From an uncultured Chloroflexia bacterium (GTDB lineage: Bacteria; Chloroflexota; Limnocylindria; Limnocylindrales; CSP1-4): a stretch of 64,000 bases of DNA. Below, piece after piece: positions 33,352 to 42,985 of this stretch (its first letter is position 1; each line of letters starts with the position of its first letter). The stretch covers positions 37,471 to 101,470 of the forward strand of contig CAWCEC010000005.1 in assembly GCA_963794525.1 (NCBI GenBank). The letters run 5' to 3'. The notes under the pieces are model-generated. The model was not told the origin of the DNA. It searched no databases and saw nothing but the letters and a program-made list of their open reading frames with translations. The translations under genes were made by a program, and so were the position numbers.

Positions 33352-34223
33352 CCGCGCCTGCCTCGCTGATCCGCCGCGATCGGACCGAGCGCTTCTCGGA
33401 GTGCCAGCCACTCCCCCACGGCCAGGGTCTGCGGACGCCGGTCAGGGTCGATCCCGGCCGAGCCGAGCGCCGCCGCCACCCCTCCCGCATCGATCGGCAG
33501 CTGGCGCGCCAGTACGTTGTGGAGCATCTTCCGTCGCTCGCGAAATGCCGCCTGCACCAGCCGCCAGAGCTCGTCCTCGTCGTCCGCGCCCAGTCGGTCG
33601 TCGGCGTCGTACGGCTCGACCACGATGACGGCCGACTCGACGGCAGGCTCGGGCTCGAACGCTTCGGGTGGCACCCGGAATGCGACCCTGACGCGGGCGT
33701 GGTACTGCACGAAGACCGACAGGTAGCTCATCTTTCCCGGCGGTGCGGCGATCCGCTCCGCGACCTCGCGCTGGACCATCAGGACAAGCCGGCGCGGCCG
33801 GGGCACCTCCCCGAGGAGGGCGTGGAGGATCGGCGACGTGATGTGGTACGGCAGGTTGGCGACGACGTCATAGGGCGGCTCGACGAGTCGGACGAGATGC
33901 TGGTCCAGCGCGTCGCCCTCGACCAGGGTCAACCGCCCAGCCTCGAGGGCGGTGGCGAACCGATCGCGCAGGAACGCCGCGAGCCCGGTATCGAGCTCCA
34001 CCGCGGTGACAGCCGCACCTGCCTCGAGCAGGCCGCCGGTCAGCAGGCCCAGGCCGGGCCCGATCTCGAGCACGCCCTCGCCGGGCAACGGCGCGGCCTC
34101 GGCGAGGATCGCCGAGAGCACGTCGGGGTCGGCCAGGAAGTTCTGAGACAGCGCGTGCCTGGCACGGAGCCCGGCGGCACGAAGCGTCTCCCGGACCTGC
34201 GCCGCATCGATGGTCGCGGGCAC
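33348..34223 (-). CDS. rsmA: 16S rRNA (adenine1518/1519-N6)-dimethyltransferase
   Basis: LSQNFLADP, the SAM motif VLEIGPGLGLLT, and NLPYHITSPIL. Confidence 0.93.
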   Translation of the reverse strand: MPATIDAAQVRETLRAAGLRARHALSQNFLADPDVLSAILAEAAPLPGEGVLEIGPGLGLLTGGLLEAGAAVTAVELDTGLAAFLRDRFATALEAGRLTLVEGDALDQHLVRLVEPPYDVVANLPYHITSPILHALLGEVPRPRRLVLMVQREVAERIAAPPGKMSYLSVFVQYHARVRVAFRVPPEAFEPEPAVESAVIVVEPYDADDRLGADDEDELWRLVQAAFRERRKMLHNVLARQLPIDAGGVAAALGSAGIDPDRRPQTLAVGEWLALREALGPIAADQRGRRG

Positions 34224-34235
34224 GCTACCGCCCCA

Positions 34236-35310
34236 TCAGCGAGTCGCGAGCGGCAGCGACGGGCGGGCGTCGAGGTCGAACGACGCGCGCTCGCCGATCT
34301 CGAACCGACGGGCGGCTGCCGCGCCGATCATCGCCCCGTTGTCCGTGCAGAGGCCCGGTCGCGGCACGATCAGCGGCACGCCCAGGTCGGCGGCTTCCGC
34401 CGCGAGCCGCTCCCGCAGGCAGGCGTTCGCCGCCACGCCGCCGCCCAGGATGATCGACTTCGCCCCGACTTCGCGGGCGGCACGGGCCGTCTTGGTCGCC
34501 AGCACGTCGACCACCGCGTCCTGGAACCCCCACGCCAGCTCCGCGGTCGTGGCCGCGGACAGCGGAGTCTCGGTGTCGTCCGGGGCGATGCCCTCCCCAG
34601 CCCGAGCGTCGGCGACGATCCGACGCGCCGCGGTCTTGAGCCCCGAAAAGCTCAGGTCGTACGTGTCGCCCATCCACGCGCGCGGAAAGGCGACGTCACG
34701 GCGCTCGGCACCTTCCGCCGCTCGCTGGATCGCCGGCCCTCCCGGGTAGCCCAGGCCGAGCAGCCGCCCGACCTTGTCGAAGGCCTCGCCCGCGGCATCG
34801 TCGACGGTCGTCCCGAGCAGGCGATACGTGAGGTGGTCGGTCATCTCGGCGAGGAATGTGTGACCGCCCGAGACGACGAGCGCCACCAGCGGGAAGACCG
34901 GCTCGATCCGGGAGTCCGCGTCCTCGCCCGGATCGAGCAACCAGCCCGCGTAGACGTGGCCCTCGAGGTGGTTGACGCGGAGCAGCGGGCGATCGTGGAC
35001 CCACGCCAGCGCCTTGGCGAAGTTGATCCCGACGAGCAGCGAGCCGGCCAGACCCGGCCCGTAGGTGACGGCGATCCCGTCGACGTCGTCCCACGACACG
35101 CCAGCGGCCGACCACGCCTCGTCGAGCGTCGGTACGATCCAGCGGAGGTGGGCCCGGGCGGCCAGCTCGGGCACGATCCCGCCCGATCGGGGCGTGGAGC
35201 GCGACCTGCGACGCGACCACGTTGCTGAGGATGCGCCGGCCACCCTCGACGAGCGCGATGCCGGTCTCGTCGCACGACAATTCGATCGACAGCAGCAGCG
35301 GGCCGCTCAC
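34236..35310 (-). CDS. tsaD: tRNA N6-adenosine threonylcarbamoyltransferase TsaD (single frameshift near 35187)
   Basis: The N-terminus LLLSIELSCDETGIALV lies in frame 34696..35310. The rest (GGIVPELAARAH, GPGLAGSLLVG, VSGGHT, GGGVAAN) lies in 34236..35243. Confidence 0.9.
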
Positions 35311-35882
35311 GGGCGCCCGTCCACGACCGGATGGTCCGGCGTCGTCGGACCGGACGGTGCCGGCGACGCCTCGAGCTCCGCTCGCAGCCGCCCGATCCGA
35401 TCACGCATCGCGGCATCCGACAGCGGCAGCGTCGTCATGATCAGCGCGTCCTCCTGGTCGTCGCTGTAGTAGCGCGGCCGGAGCCCGACCGGCCGGAAGC
35501 CGTACTTCTCGTACAACTTCCGCGCGGCGAGGTTGGACAGGCGCACCTCGAGCGTCGCCTCGTTGGCGCCGCGGTCGACGGCCACGTCGAGGAACGCCAG
35601 CAGCAGGCGCTCGCCGATCCGCTGCCGGCGCCAGGAGGGGTGGACGGCGAACGTGGTGATGTGCGCCTCGTCGACCATCAGCCACATCCCGCCGTACGCG
35701 GCCACATCGTCACCCGCGCGCGCCACGAGGTAGTGCGCGAGCCGGTTCGACTCGAGCTCGCTGCGGTAGGCGTGCGGCGGCCACGGCGCGCTGAAGCTGG
35801 CGTGCTCGATCGCCTGGACGGCCGCGAGGTCATCGAGCCGCATCGGCTCGATGACGATCCTTACCGGTGGTCGCGCGACCAC
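35307..35882 (-). CDS. rimI: Ribosomal-protein-alanine N-acetyltransferase with ~40-aa C-terminal tail
   Basis: GNAT motif AVHPSWRRQRIGERLL. It sits between tsaB and tsaD, as in the conserved t6A operon. Confidence 0.85.
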   Translation of the reverse strand: MVARPPVRIVIEPMRLDDLAAVQAIEHASFSAPWPPHAYRSELESNRLAHYLVARAGDDVAAYGGMWLMVDEAHITTFAVHPSWRRQRIGERLLLAFLDVAVDRGANEATLEVRLSNLAARKLYEKYGFRPVGLRPRYYSDDQEDALIMTTLPLSDAAMRDRIGRLRAELEASPAPSGPTTPDHPVVDGRP

Positions 35883-36538
35883 GCGATCGATCCGTCGGCC
35901 GCGCGAACACCGCGGGGCAGGGTGACGTAGTCGGGGACGAGCGTCTCGAGCTCGCTCGGACCGCCGGCGCGCAGGCGCTCGGCGCCCATACGGATCAGCT
36001 CGTGGCCGAGCCTCTCCCTGGCGTGCGCGCCACGCTCCAGCGCGTCGGCGGCGGCGCGGCCCTCGAGGTCGAGCGCGACCACCCGCTCCCAGGCGCCTAC
36101 CTTCGGTTCCGTGCCGGCCGGCAGCGGCTCGGGTGGCTGGCCGGCCCGCACCATCAACCGGTCCGAGGGGCCCGCGGGCAACAGCAGGACAGCGCGGTCG
36201 ACGCCTGACGCGGCCAGCAACGCTTCGGCCGTGGACACGCCGACGATCGGGATGCCCAGCCCGTGCGCGATGCCCTTGGCGGTGGCGATCCCCACTCGCA
36301 GACCGGTGAACGCGCCCGGACCCGTCCCGACCACGATCCCGGTCAGGCGAGACCGCCGGATGTTCTGCTCGCCGAGGAAGCGCTCGATCGACGGCAGCAG
36401 CGTCTCGCCGTGGCGATGGCCGGCGGCCCAGGTCGAGATGCCGTCGACGACGCCATCAGGCGAGCCGGTCGCGATGACGACGGACGCGGTCGCGGTGTCG
36501 ATGGCGAGGATGGCCGGCCGGCGGCCGTCGTGGGTCAC
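35861..36538 (-). CDS. tsaB: tRNA threonylcarbamoyladenosine biosynthesis protein TsaB
   Basis: ILAIDTATASVVIA...VVGTGPGAFTGLRVGIATAKG. The GTG overlaps the tsaE stop (GTGA). Confidence 0.88.
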   Translation of the reverse strand: MTHDGRRPAILAIDTATASVVIATGSPDGVVDGISTWAAGHRHGETLLPSIERFLGEQNIRRSRLTGIVVGTGPGAFTGLRVGIATAKGIAHGLGIPIVGVSTAEALLAASGVDRAVLLLPAGPSDRLMVRAGQPPEPLPAGTEPKVGAWERVVALDLEGRAAADALERGAHARERLGHELIRMGAERLRAGGPSELETLVPDYVTLPRGVRAADGSIAWSRDHR

Positions 36539-37017
36539 CCGGCCGCCTCGAGATAGCGGCGGTAGCGCTCGCTCCAGGCGACCAGCGTGATCGTCCGTGG
36601 TTCTTCGCCGGTCCCGTCGATGCGGACGTCGAGGCGATCGAGCGGGAGCGCGTCGCCGAGCCGCTCGGGCCATTCGACGAGGGTGACGCCATCCGCCTGG
36701 CGCTCGTCGATCAGCCCACCGGCCAGCGCGTCCTCGGCGCTCGCCAGCCGGTACGGATCGATGTGGAACAGCGGCAGCCGGCCCTCGTACTCGGCCATCA
36801 GGATGAAGCTCGGCGAGGTGATCGTCTCGGTCACACCGAGTCCGGCCCCGAACGCCTTCGCGAGATGCGTCTTGCCGGCACCGAGCTCGCCCCACAGGCA
36901 GACGAGGTCGCCCGCCTGCGCCACGGCTCCCATCGCCCTCCCGAGCGTGCTCGTCGCCGCGGGGTCCGGGCAGACGCGGACCAGCGAGTCGGCCGTCTGG
37001 GTGCGCAACGAGGTCAC
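36535..37017 (-). CDS. tsaE: tRNA threonylcarbamoyladenosine biosynthesis ATPase TsaE
   Basis: P-loop LWGELGAGKTHLAK, SPSFILMAEY and HIDPYRL. The GTG at 37017 overlaps the stop of the upstream hypothetical gene. Confidence 0.9.
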   Translation of the reverse strand: MTSLRTQTADSLVRVCPDPAATSTLGRAMGAVAQAGDLVCLWGELGAGKTHLAKAFGAGLGVTETITSPSFILMAEYEGRLPLFHIDPYRLASAEDALAGGLIDERQADGVTLVEWPERLGDALPLDRLDVRIDGTGEEPRTITLVAWSERYRRYLEAAG

Positions 37018-38069
37018 GCGAACCGCTCGAGGTCGCCGAGCGGGACGGCCACGACCGAGCCGTCGTCGAATCGGACGGTGCCCGCCTCGAGGTGGACGCC
37101 ACCGGTGAACCGGCGCGGACCCAGCAGCCCGGTCCAAGTCCCCTCCCGCCCGGACAGCTGCCCGGCGCGGACGCGGACGTGGTCGGGGCGGGGCGCCGGG
37201 AGCTCGAGCTCGGGCTCGTCGAAGATGAGCATCGGCGGAGCGGCCACGATCGCCACGTCACGCCCCTCGAGGGCATCGAGGATGTCCATGACTGGGCCAG
37301 CCAGCGGGCGCCGGACGGCGCCCTCCAGGACGAGGACCGCGAACGGCGGAAGACGGTGGAGCGCCGCTCGCTGGCGTCCTTCGGAGGCCAGGAAATCGCG
37401 CCGCTCCTTGCTGGCCAGGCCGGCCACGATGATGCCGCGCACGCCCATCGCCCGGGCCCGTGTTAGGGTCTCGGCGTCGATCCGCGAGCCGACGACGAGC
37501 ACCTTGCCGGCCAGCCCGACATCCACCGACCCGCCCCGCAGCTCGCCCTCCACCCACGAGGCGACGTGGAGCGCACCGCGCGTTGGCCCGCCGAGGGCGA
37601 CGATGCCCCGGAGCCCCTGACCGGTCGCCCGCACGACGATGCGGGTCCCGGCGTCGACCTCACGCACGATCCCGGCGATGGGACTGTCGATCGGCTCGGT
37701 GACGTCACCGCCGGCCACGCGCCACCGGCCGCGCCATTCGAACAGCAGCTCGCCATCGGCGATGTGCCCGCCGGGGCTGGGCTGGGCCGTCTCGGGCACG
37801 ACCGCATCGACCAGCCGCACGTCGCGGAGCCGCTCGATGACCGGCGCACCCGGCACCACCGACTCCCCGGCTGCGACCAGCGCGCGGTCGCCCGGCGCGA
37901 GCGGGAACGTGACGTCGATCGGGCCTTCGAGCAACCGTCGCAACCGGACGAGTCCGAGGTCGGTGGGCGGGGTGGCCGGCTGCTGCTGCTCGGCGACGGC
38001 CGGGTGCTCGTCGCCGTTCACCGGGACGTGTCCGTTGTGCTCGCTGTGCCCGCCGTCGTGCTCGGTCAT
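37014..38069 (-). CDS. Hypothetical protein (351 aa), no family recognised
   Basis: Clean ORF with GC3-rich coding bias. ATGA overlap with the upstream gene and GTGA overlap with tsaE. It contains a lipoyl/hybrid-barrel-like DSPIAGIVREVD segment and a GKVLVVGSRIDAETLTRARAMGVRGIIVAGL segment; both resemblances are weak. Confidence 0.6.
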   Translation of the reverse strand: MTEHDGGHSEHNGHVPVNGDEHPAVAEQQQPATPPTDLGLVRLRRLLEGPIDVTFPLAPGDRALVAAGESVVPGAPVIERLRDVRLVDAVVPETAQPSPGGHIADGELLFEWRGRWRVAGGDVTEPIDSPIAGIVREVDAGTRIVVRATGQGLRGIVALGGPTRGALHVASWVEGELRGGSVDVGLAGKVLVVGSRIDAETLTRARAMGVRGIIVAGLASKERRDFLASEGRQRAALHRLPPFAVLVLEGAVRRPLAGPVMDILDALEGRDVAIVAAPPMLIFDEPELELPAPRPDHVRVRAGQLSGREGTWTGLLGPRRFTGGVHLEAGTVRFDDGSVVAVPLGDLERFA

Positions 38070-39685
38070 GCGTCCGACCCTGCCCACAGCGAGGACTGCC
38101 ACGCCGCAAGGAGGTCGCGTCGCCGATCGGCGCGGTCCGGCAGCTTGAGCGGCACGTCGCGCAGGTCGACCACGAGTCCGCCGAGCCCGCCAGCGACATC
38201 GATCGCGAAATGGCGGCCACGGCCGCCCAGCCGGACACGATCGCGGAACTTGAACTCCGCGACGGCCGTTGCGCCCGGCGGCAGGTCAACGAGCTCCAGA
38301 CCACCCGGGACCAGCTCGAGCTCGCTGGCGCCGTCCGATGCGTGGACGACGACGCTGCCCGCCGACTTGCCGGCCCGCAGCCCGGCCGGCGTAACGACGC
38401 TCCCCAGTGGAGCGAGCAGATCGTCGACGAGGTCCGAGAACAGCACCCGCCGCTCGCCGGCGTCGGGGATCGCCCCCAGCGCGCCGAGCAATCGCGCGTG
38501 GTCGAACGCGTACTGGCTCGCGCCAGGCCGCCGGAGCACGTCGATATGTGCGAGCGAGACGGCCGGCGCGGGGACCGACGTCCAGACGCCGCTCGCGACC
38601 ACGATCAAGTCGGGCACGGGACCGTCGTCGAACCGTGCCGTCGCCGCGCCCAACCGGACGAGAGCGGCGCGCGCGGCGGCCATCCGGAGCGCGGCGCCCT
38701 CCCCTGCGGCATCCGACCAGGGAGCGATGCGCAGCTCGCGCATGCGGTCGCGGATGCGATGGCGGTCGGCGGGCACGGTCGTCCACAGGAGCACGCCATC
38801 GACCACGGCGTCGTCCGGGTCGTCCGGCGCGACCGCTGCGGACGGGACGACGGCGAGCCGAACGGACGACGGCCGGCCGCCGGCAGCTGGGATGGCGACA
38901 GCCCGGGCGCCCGCATCGTGGCCGAGCATGATCGCCTCGATCCGGCGGTTCAGGACGTCGGCAAGCGCCCGCGTGCCGGCCCCGAGCGCGCGGCGCGGGT
39001 CATCTGCCGGGAGGGCCAGCTCGAGGAGCAGGTCGGCGAGCGGGTCCTCTGCGTCCGGGTCGCTCGTCGCGGTCGGCTTCGCGGCCGCCGGCGCAAGCAG
39101 CACCTCGCCGGGCCGGGCACCGACGTCGCCGAAGATGTCGAGCCCCTCCGACATCGAGCCCGACAGGATGATCGGGAGCTCCGGGCGGCGTTGTGCGACG
39201 GCTGCGACGAGTGTCGCCAGCTCGCGGATGCCCGCTCGCTCATCGGCGCGCGGCGGATCGCCGGCCCCGACCACGATCGCCGCGACGTCGCGCTCCAGGA
39301 GCAGGCGTGACATCGCGAGTGGGTCGGTGGTCTCGACGCTGGCCCCGCTCGGTCGCCAGCCGCTGCGTCCGGCCGTCGCCACCAGTCCCGCGAGCGTCCG
39401 CTCGGAGCCGGCCACGACGGCGAGCCGGCGCGGTCGAGTGCTGCGCACCTCCAGGCGCGGCAGCGCGTCCCGGTCGAGGCCGGCGATCCCGAGGGCGTGG
39501 GCGACCACCGGATCGGCCGCTTCGGTCCGCGCGACAAGCAACTCGATCGCCGGATCGAGATCGGCACCAGAGGGGATCGACAGGCTGCCGATCAGCCGCC
39601 ATGCCCCGGCGGCCCGGCCGATCAGGGCGGTCGAGACGGTCGCGGCGCCGTGGTCGATCACGAGGAATGCGTGCGGCTGCGTCAC
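38066..39685 (-). CDS. Hypothetical protein (539 aa), possibly ASKHA (actin/HSP70-fold) ATPase-like, GlmL/MutL-like
   Basis: The N-terminus FLVIDHGAATVSTALIG resembles a phosphate-1 motif. The ORF is long, uninterrupted and coding-like, with a GTG start. The family call is tentative. Confidence 0.55.
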   Translation of the reverse strand: MTQPHAFLVIDHGAATVSTALIGRAAGAWRLIGSLSIPSGADLDPAIELLVARTEAADPVVAHALGIAGLDRDALPRLEVRSTRPRRLAVVAGSERTLAGLVATAGRSGWRPSGASVETTDPLAMSRLLLERDVAAIVVGAGDPPRADERAGIRELATLVAAVAQRRPELPIILSGSMSEGLDIFGDVGARPGEVLLAPAAAKPTATSDPDAEDPLADLLLELALPADDPRRALGAGTRALADVLNRRIEAIMLGHDAGARAVAIPAAGGRPSSVRLAVVPSAAVAPDDPDDAVVDGVLLWTTVPADRHRIRDRMRELRIAPWSDAAGEGAALRMAAARAALVRLGAATARFDDGPVPDLIVVASGVWTSVPAPAVSLAHIDVLRRPGASQYAFDHARLLGALGAIPDAGERRVLFSDLVDDLLAPLGSVVTPAGLRAGKSAGSVVVHASDGASELELVPGGLELVDLPPGATAVAEFKFRDRVRLGGRGRHFAIDVAGGLGGLVVDLRDVPLKLPDRADRRRDLLAAWQSSLWAGSDA

Positions 39686-39746
39686 CGCCTGATGCTACCC
39701 GGACTCGAGCGGACCGGCCGACCAGCCGATCGGGCGTGGATCCGGC

Positions 39747-40037
39747 TCAGCCGTCCCAGACGAGCTCGTCGTCGAGCTCCTCGAGCCTGGCGATGAGCAG
39801 CTCGATCCCGGTGTCGTCGGCCATGATCTCGCTCGCCGACGCCAGATCGCCCCCGAACACGCCGCGCAGCACGGGATCGAAGAACAACATGGCGTTGGCG
39901 CCAAGCGCACGGTACGGGCGGCTGGCCTCGAGGAAATGGACCGCGGACGAGGTCAGACCGCGCAGTTGGATCTCGCGCGCGACCTGCTCGACCAGCTCGT
40001 TGCGCTGCTCCTCGTTCGGCTCCATCGGGAAGCTCAT
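39747..40037 (-). CDS. Hypothetical small acidic protein (96 aa)
   Basis: The ATG overlaps the macro-domain gene stop (ATGA). Protein-like composition and no recognised motif. Confidence 0.5.
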   Translation of the reverse strand: MSFPMEPNEEQRNELVEQVAREIQLRGLTSSAVHFLEASRPYRALGANAMLFFDPVLRGVFGGDLASASEIMADDTGIELLIARLEELDDELVWDG

Positions 40038-40570
40038 CGGACGATACCGGCCTGCCCGGTCGCGGGGCTGCTCTCGGCGATCGCGCCCTGGAACGCCTCG
40101 TACGGCGCCGCGCCGCGCAGCGCGAACGTGACGTGCTCGATCCCCGGCGAGCGCTCGAGCTCGTCGCGGACGGCCGCGACGGTGATCCGCGCCGATTCCT
40201 CGAGCGGGAAGCCGCCCACGCCGGTGCCGAGCGCGGGGAACGCCACGCTGGTGGCGCCGATCTCCCGCGCGCGGGCCATCGCGCTCCGGACGGCGGCTTC
40301 GATGACGGGGCCGCTCGTCCGTCGATCGCGATCGAGCGAGACCGCATGGATCACGGCACGTGCCGCCAGGTTGCCGCTGCCGGTCACGATGGATTCGCCG
40401 AGCGCGACCGGCGCCTGCCGGACCGCGGCGAACTCGATATCGTCACCCCCGGCTCGCTTGATCGCACCCGATACTCCCGTCGACATCCACAGGCTCAGGT
40501 TCGCGGGGTTGACGATCGCATCGACCTCGAGGTCGCAGATATCGCCATTCCAGAGCTCGATGCGCGCCAC
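40034..40570 (-). CDS. Macro domain protein (O-acetyl-ADP-ribose deacetylase / ADP-ribose-binding family)
   Basis: IELWNGDICDLEVDAIVNPANLSLWMSTGVSGAIKRAGG...VIHAV...SVAFPALGTGVGGFP is a canonical macro domain signature. The GTG start overlaps the alr TAG by 1 nt. Confidence 0.85.
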   Translation of the reverse strand: MARIELWNGDICDLEVDAIVNPANLSLWMSTGVSGAIKRAGGDDIEFAAVRQAPVALGESIVTGSGNLAARAVIHAVSLDRDRRTSGPVIEAAVRSAMARAREIGATSVAFPALGTGVGGFPLEESARITVAAVRDELERSPGIEHVTFALRGAAPYEAFQGAIAESSPATGQAGIVR

Positions 40571-41838
40571 TACCCTCTCCACCCGGATCGCGTGAGCGTC
40601 CGCAGACCGATCGCTCCGGCTGCGGCATGGTACACCCGGGGCAGACGCCCAGACATCTGGGTCACCACCTCCCACGTGTTGGTGGTGCGCAGCCGCGCCA
40701 GGTCCTCGACGGTGATGCGTTCCGCACCCTGCGAACCCAGCAGGACGAACTCGTCGGCGGGCCCGACAGGCGGTCCGGGCACGTCCGTGACGTCCGCCAT
40801 GACGGCATCCATCGTGATGCTGCCGACCAGCGGAACGCGGATCCCGCGCACCAGCGCCTCGGCCCGATTGGCGAACGCGCGGGCGTAGCCGTCGCCGTAG
40901 CCGACTGGCAGCGTCGCGATCCGGCTGGGCCGGGCCGTCGTGAACGTGGGGCCATAGCTGACGCCGTGGCCGGCCGGCAGGTCGACGACCCGGATCGGGC
41001 GAGCGTGGAGCGACATGACCGGCCGAAAACCGCTCGCCCCCGGCGCGCGCAGGTCGCGGCCGGCCAGCTCGTCCGGCACGATGCCGTAGGTCGACAGGCC
41101 GGGGCGAACGCCGCCGTAGCCGGCCACGCCGGTCAGCAGGCCGCCGCTCGCCGCGACGTGGCGGGGCGGCTCGGTGCCATCGGGCTGCGCGAGGCCGGCC
41201 CCCCACAGCTCCGTCGACGCCACGTCGAAGCGCTGCAGCTGGCGAGCCGTGATCGGCGCGTCATCGCTCGCCTGGAGGTGGGTCCAGATCCCGACGAGCC
41301 GGGCCACGCCCGAGCGCCCGATCGCATCCGCCATGGCGACGACCTCGTCGGGAGCGGCGCCGCCGCGCCCGAGCCCGGTCTCCACCTCGATCTCGAGCCT
41401 GAGCGATCCGTCGGGAGTGGCGTCGCCGTGCGCCTTGGCTGCACCCAGCACGTCGGCCAGGCTTTCCCGATCGCCGGCAGCGACCGTGATGTCCTCGCTG
41501 ATCGCCTCAGGGACGAGGGCGGGCGGGATGGCATACAGCACTCGGATCGGGACCTCGATGCCCGCCTCGCGCAGCTGGAGCGCCTCGTCCATCGTCGCCA
41601 CACACAGCCCGTCGATCCCGCCCGCGACAAGCGCCCGGGCGATCGGGACGGCGCCGTGCCCGTAGGCGTCGGCCTTGACCACGGGATGCACCGGCGCTCC
41701 ACCGGCGAGCGTACGGAGCGCAGCGACGTTTCCGGCCAGTGCGTCGAGGTCGAGCTCCAGCCAGGTCAGCCGCGGGATCGGCGGCAAGCCGGCATCCGCG
41801 AGTCGCGTCTCGATCGGCGGTCGCGTCGAGGGCGTCAC
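40570..41838 (-). CDS. alr: Alanine racemase
   Basis: PLP-lysine motif VVKADAYGHGAV and C-terminal PVGYGDGY / RVPLVGSITMD. GTG at 41838 is chosen as the start; the upstream part of ORF 40570..42336 overlaps nnrD out of frame. Confidence 0.92.
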   Translation of the reverse strand: MTPSTRPPIETRLADAGLPPIPRLTWLELDLDALAGNVAALRTLAGGAPVHPVVKADAYGHGAVPIARALVAGGIDGLCVATMDEALQLREAGIEVPIRVLYAIPPALVPEAISEDITVAAGDRESLADVLGAAKAHGDATPDGSLRLEIEVETGLGRGGAAPDEVVAMADAIGRSGVARLVGIWTHLQASDDAPITARQLQRFDVASTELWGAGLAQPDGTEPPRHVAASGGLLTGVAGYGGVRPGLSTYGIVPDELAGRDLRAPGASGFRPVMSLHARPIRVVDLPAGHGVSYGPTFTTARPSRIATLPVGYGDGYARAFANRAEALVRGIRVPLVGSITMDAVMADVTDVPGPPVGPADEFVLLGSQGAERITVEDLARLRTTNTWEVVTQMSGRLPRVYHAAAGAIGLRTLTRSGWRG

Positions 41839-41866
41839 CCTGCTGTCGACGGTGTCGTCGGGATGA

Positions 41867-42985
41867 TCAGGCTGGCGCCACGTCGGGCTCGGGTACCGGG
41901 GGCGCCTCCTCGCGTACGCGGAACCCGAGGCGCTTCCCGCTGCTCCGCCGCTCCGCGATCGTCGCCAGCCGCCGGCGGGCGATCGCGAGGCCGTCCGGCA
42001 GGTCCGAGGCGAGCAGGCCGGCGTCCCCGTACCGCTCGCGCAGCCCGTCGCCCGCGGTCCCGTGCAGGTAGACGCCGAGCCGCGCGGCGGCGTACGGCGT
42101 GAGGCCCTGGGCCAGGAGCGAGCCGATCGCACCAGCGAGCACGTCGCCGGTGCCGCCCGTCGCGAGCGCCGGGTTCTCGAACGGTGCGACGACGACATCG
42201 CCGTCGGGGGCGGCGATGACCGTACGCGCGCCCTTGAGCACGACCACCTGCCGCCAGGTGGCCGCGGCATCCCTGGCAGCCGCGACCCGCGCGTCGTCGT
42301 CATCCGCGAGGTCGCCGTCGGCATCGGGTGCCACATCGCTGCCGGTCCGGAGCCGCTTGAATTCGCCGGCGTGCGGGGTCAGGACGGCCGCGCGGCGATC
42401 CCCATCCCACCACGCATCCATCGACGCCAGCGAGCGGAGCGCCTCGGCGTCGAGCACGAGCGGCGGCCGTTCCTCGCCGCCGGCATCGATGAGCTCGCGC
42501 ACGAGCTCGGCCGTCGCCAGACCCGGCCGCAGGCCCGGGCCGACGACCAGTGCGTCGTGCTCGTGATCGAGGATGCGGGCGAGGGCCGGCTCCGGGTCGA
42601 TCTCCTCGACGTCGTCCTCGGGCAGCGCCATCGTGGTCGCCTCGACGACTTTTGCCGCGAACAGGGGCTGGAGCGTCTCCGGCACGGCCAGCGTGACCAG
42701 CCCGACCCCAGTGCGGCCGGCGGCTCGGCAGACGAGCAGCGCCGCGCCGGCGTAGTCCAGCGAACCGGCGAGCACGAGAAGCTTGCCGAACGAGCCCTTG
42801 TGACCACGTGCCGGGCGCAGCGGGAGGAGCGCGACGGCCGACTCCTCGTCGAGCCGAGCCGCGTCCTGCGGCCAGGGTCGCTCGTCGGGGCCGCCGTTCG
42901 TTGCCGGCGACGGATCGTGCGAACGCCGGCCGAAGCCGAGCGCCCGGCGCTCAGGCACGGGCGGACTCGTCGCTATCCGGCGCAT
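41867..42985 (-). CDS. nnrD: ADP-dependent NAD(P)H-hydrate dehydratase (dehydratase domain only) with ~55-aa N-terminal extension; start uncertain
   Basis: HKGSFGKLLVLAGSLDYAGAALL, VVGPGL and LATGGTGDVLAG motifs. No YjeF_N epimerase domain is present. Confidence 0.85.
   Translation of the reverse strand: MRRIATSPPVPERRALGFGRRSHDPSPATNGGPDERPWPQDAARLDEESAVALLPLRPARGHKGSFGKLLVLAGSLDYAGAALLVCRAAGRTGVGLVTLAVPETLQPLFAAKVVEATTMALPEDDVEEIDPEPALARILDHEHDALVVGPGLRPGLATAELVRELIDAGGEERPPLVLDAEALRSLASMDAWWDGDRRAAVLTPHAGEFKRLRTGSDVAPDADGDLADDDDARVAAARDAAATWRQVVVLKGARTVIAAPDGDVVVAPFENPALATGGTGDVLAGAIGSLLAQGLTPYAAARLGVYLHGTAGDGLRERYGDAGLLASDLPDGLAIARRRLATIAERRSSGKRLGFRVREEAPPVPEPDVAPA

Noticed and set aside
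35180-35195. Programmed ribosomal frameshifting as an explanation for the frame breaks (tsaD near 35187, rplO near 58985, and the many breaks in 7.4-25.7 kb).
   Set aside because: There are no slippery heptamer plus pseudoknot contexts. The breaks are numerous, go in both directions and fall in unrelated genes, including short excursions of 40-80 nt. That pattern is typical of indel consensus errors.
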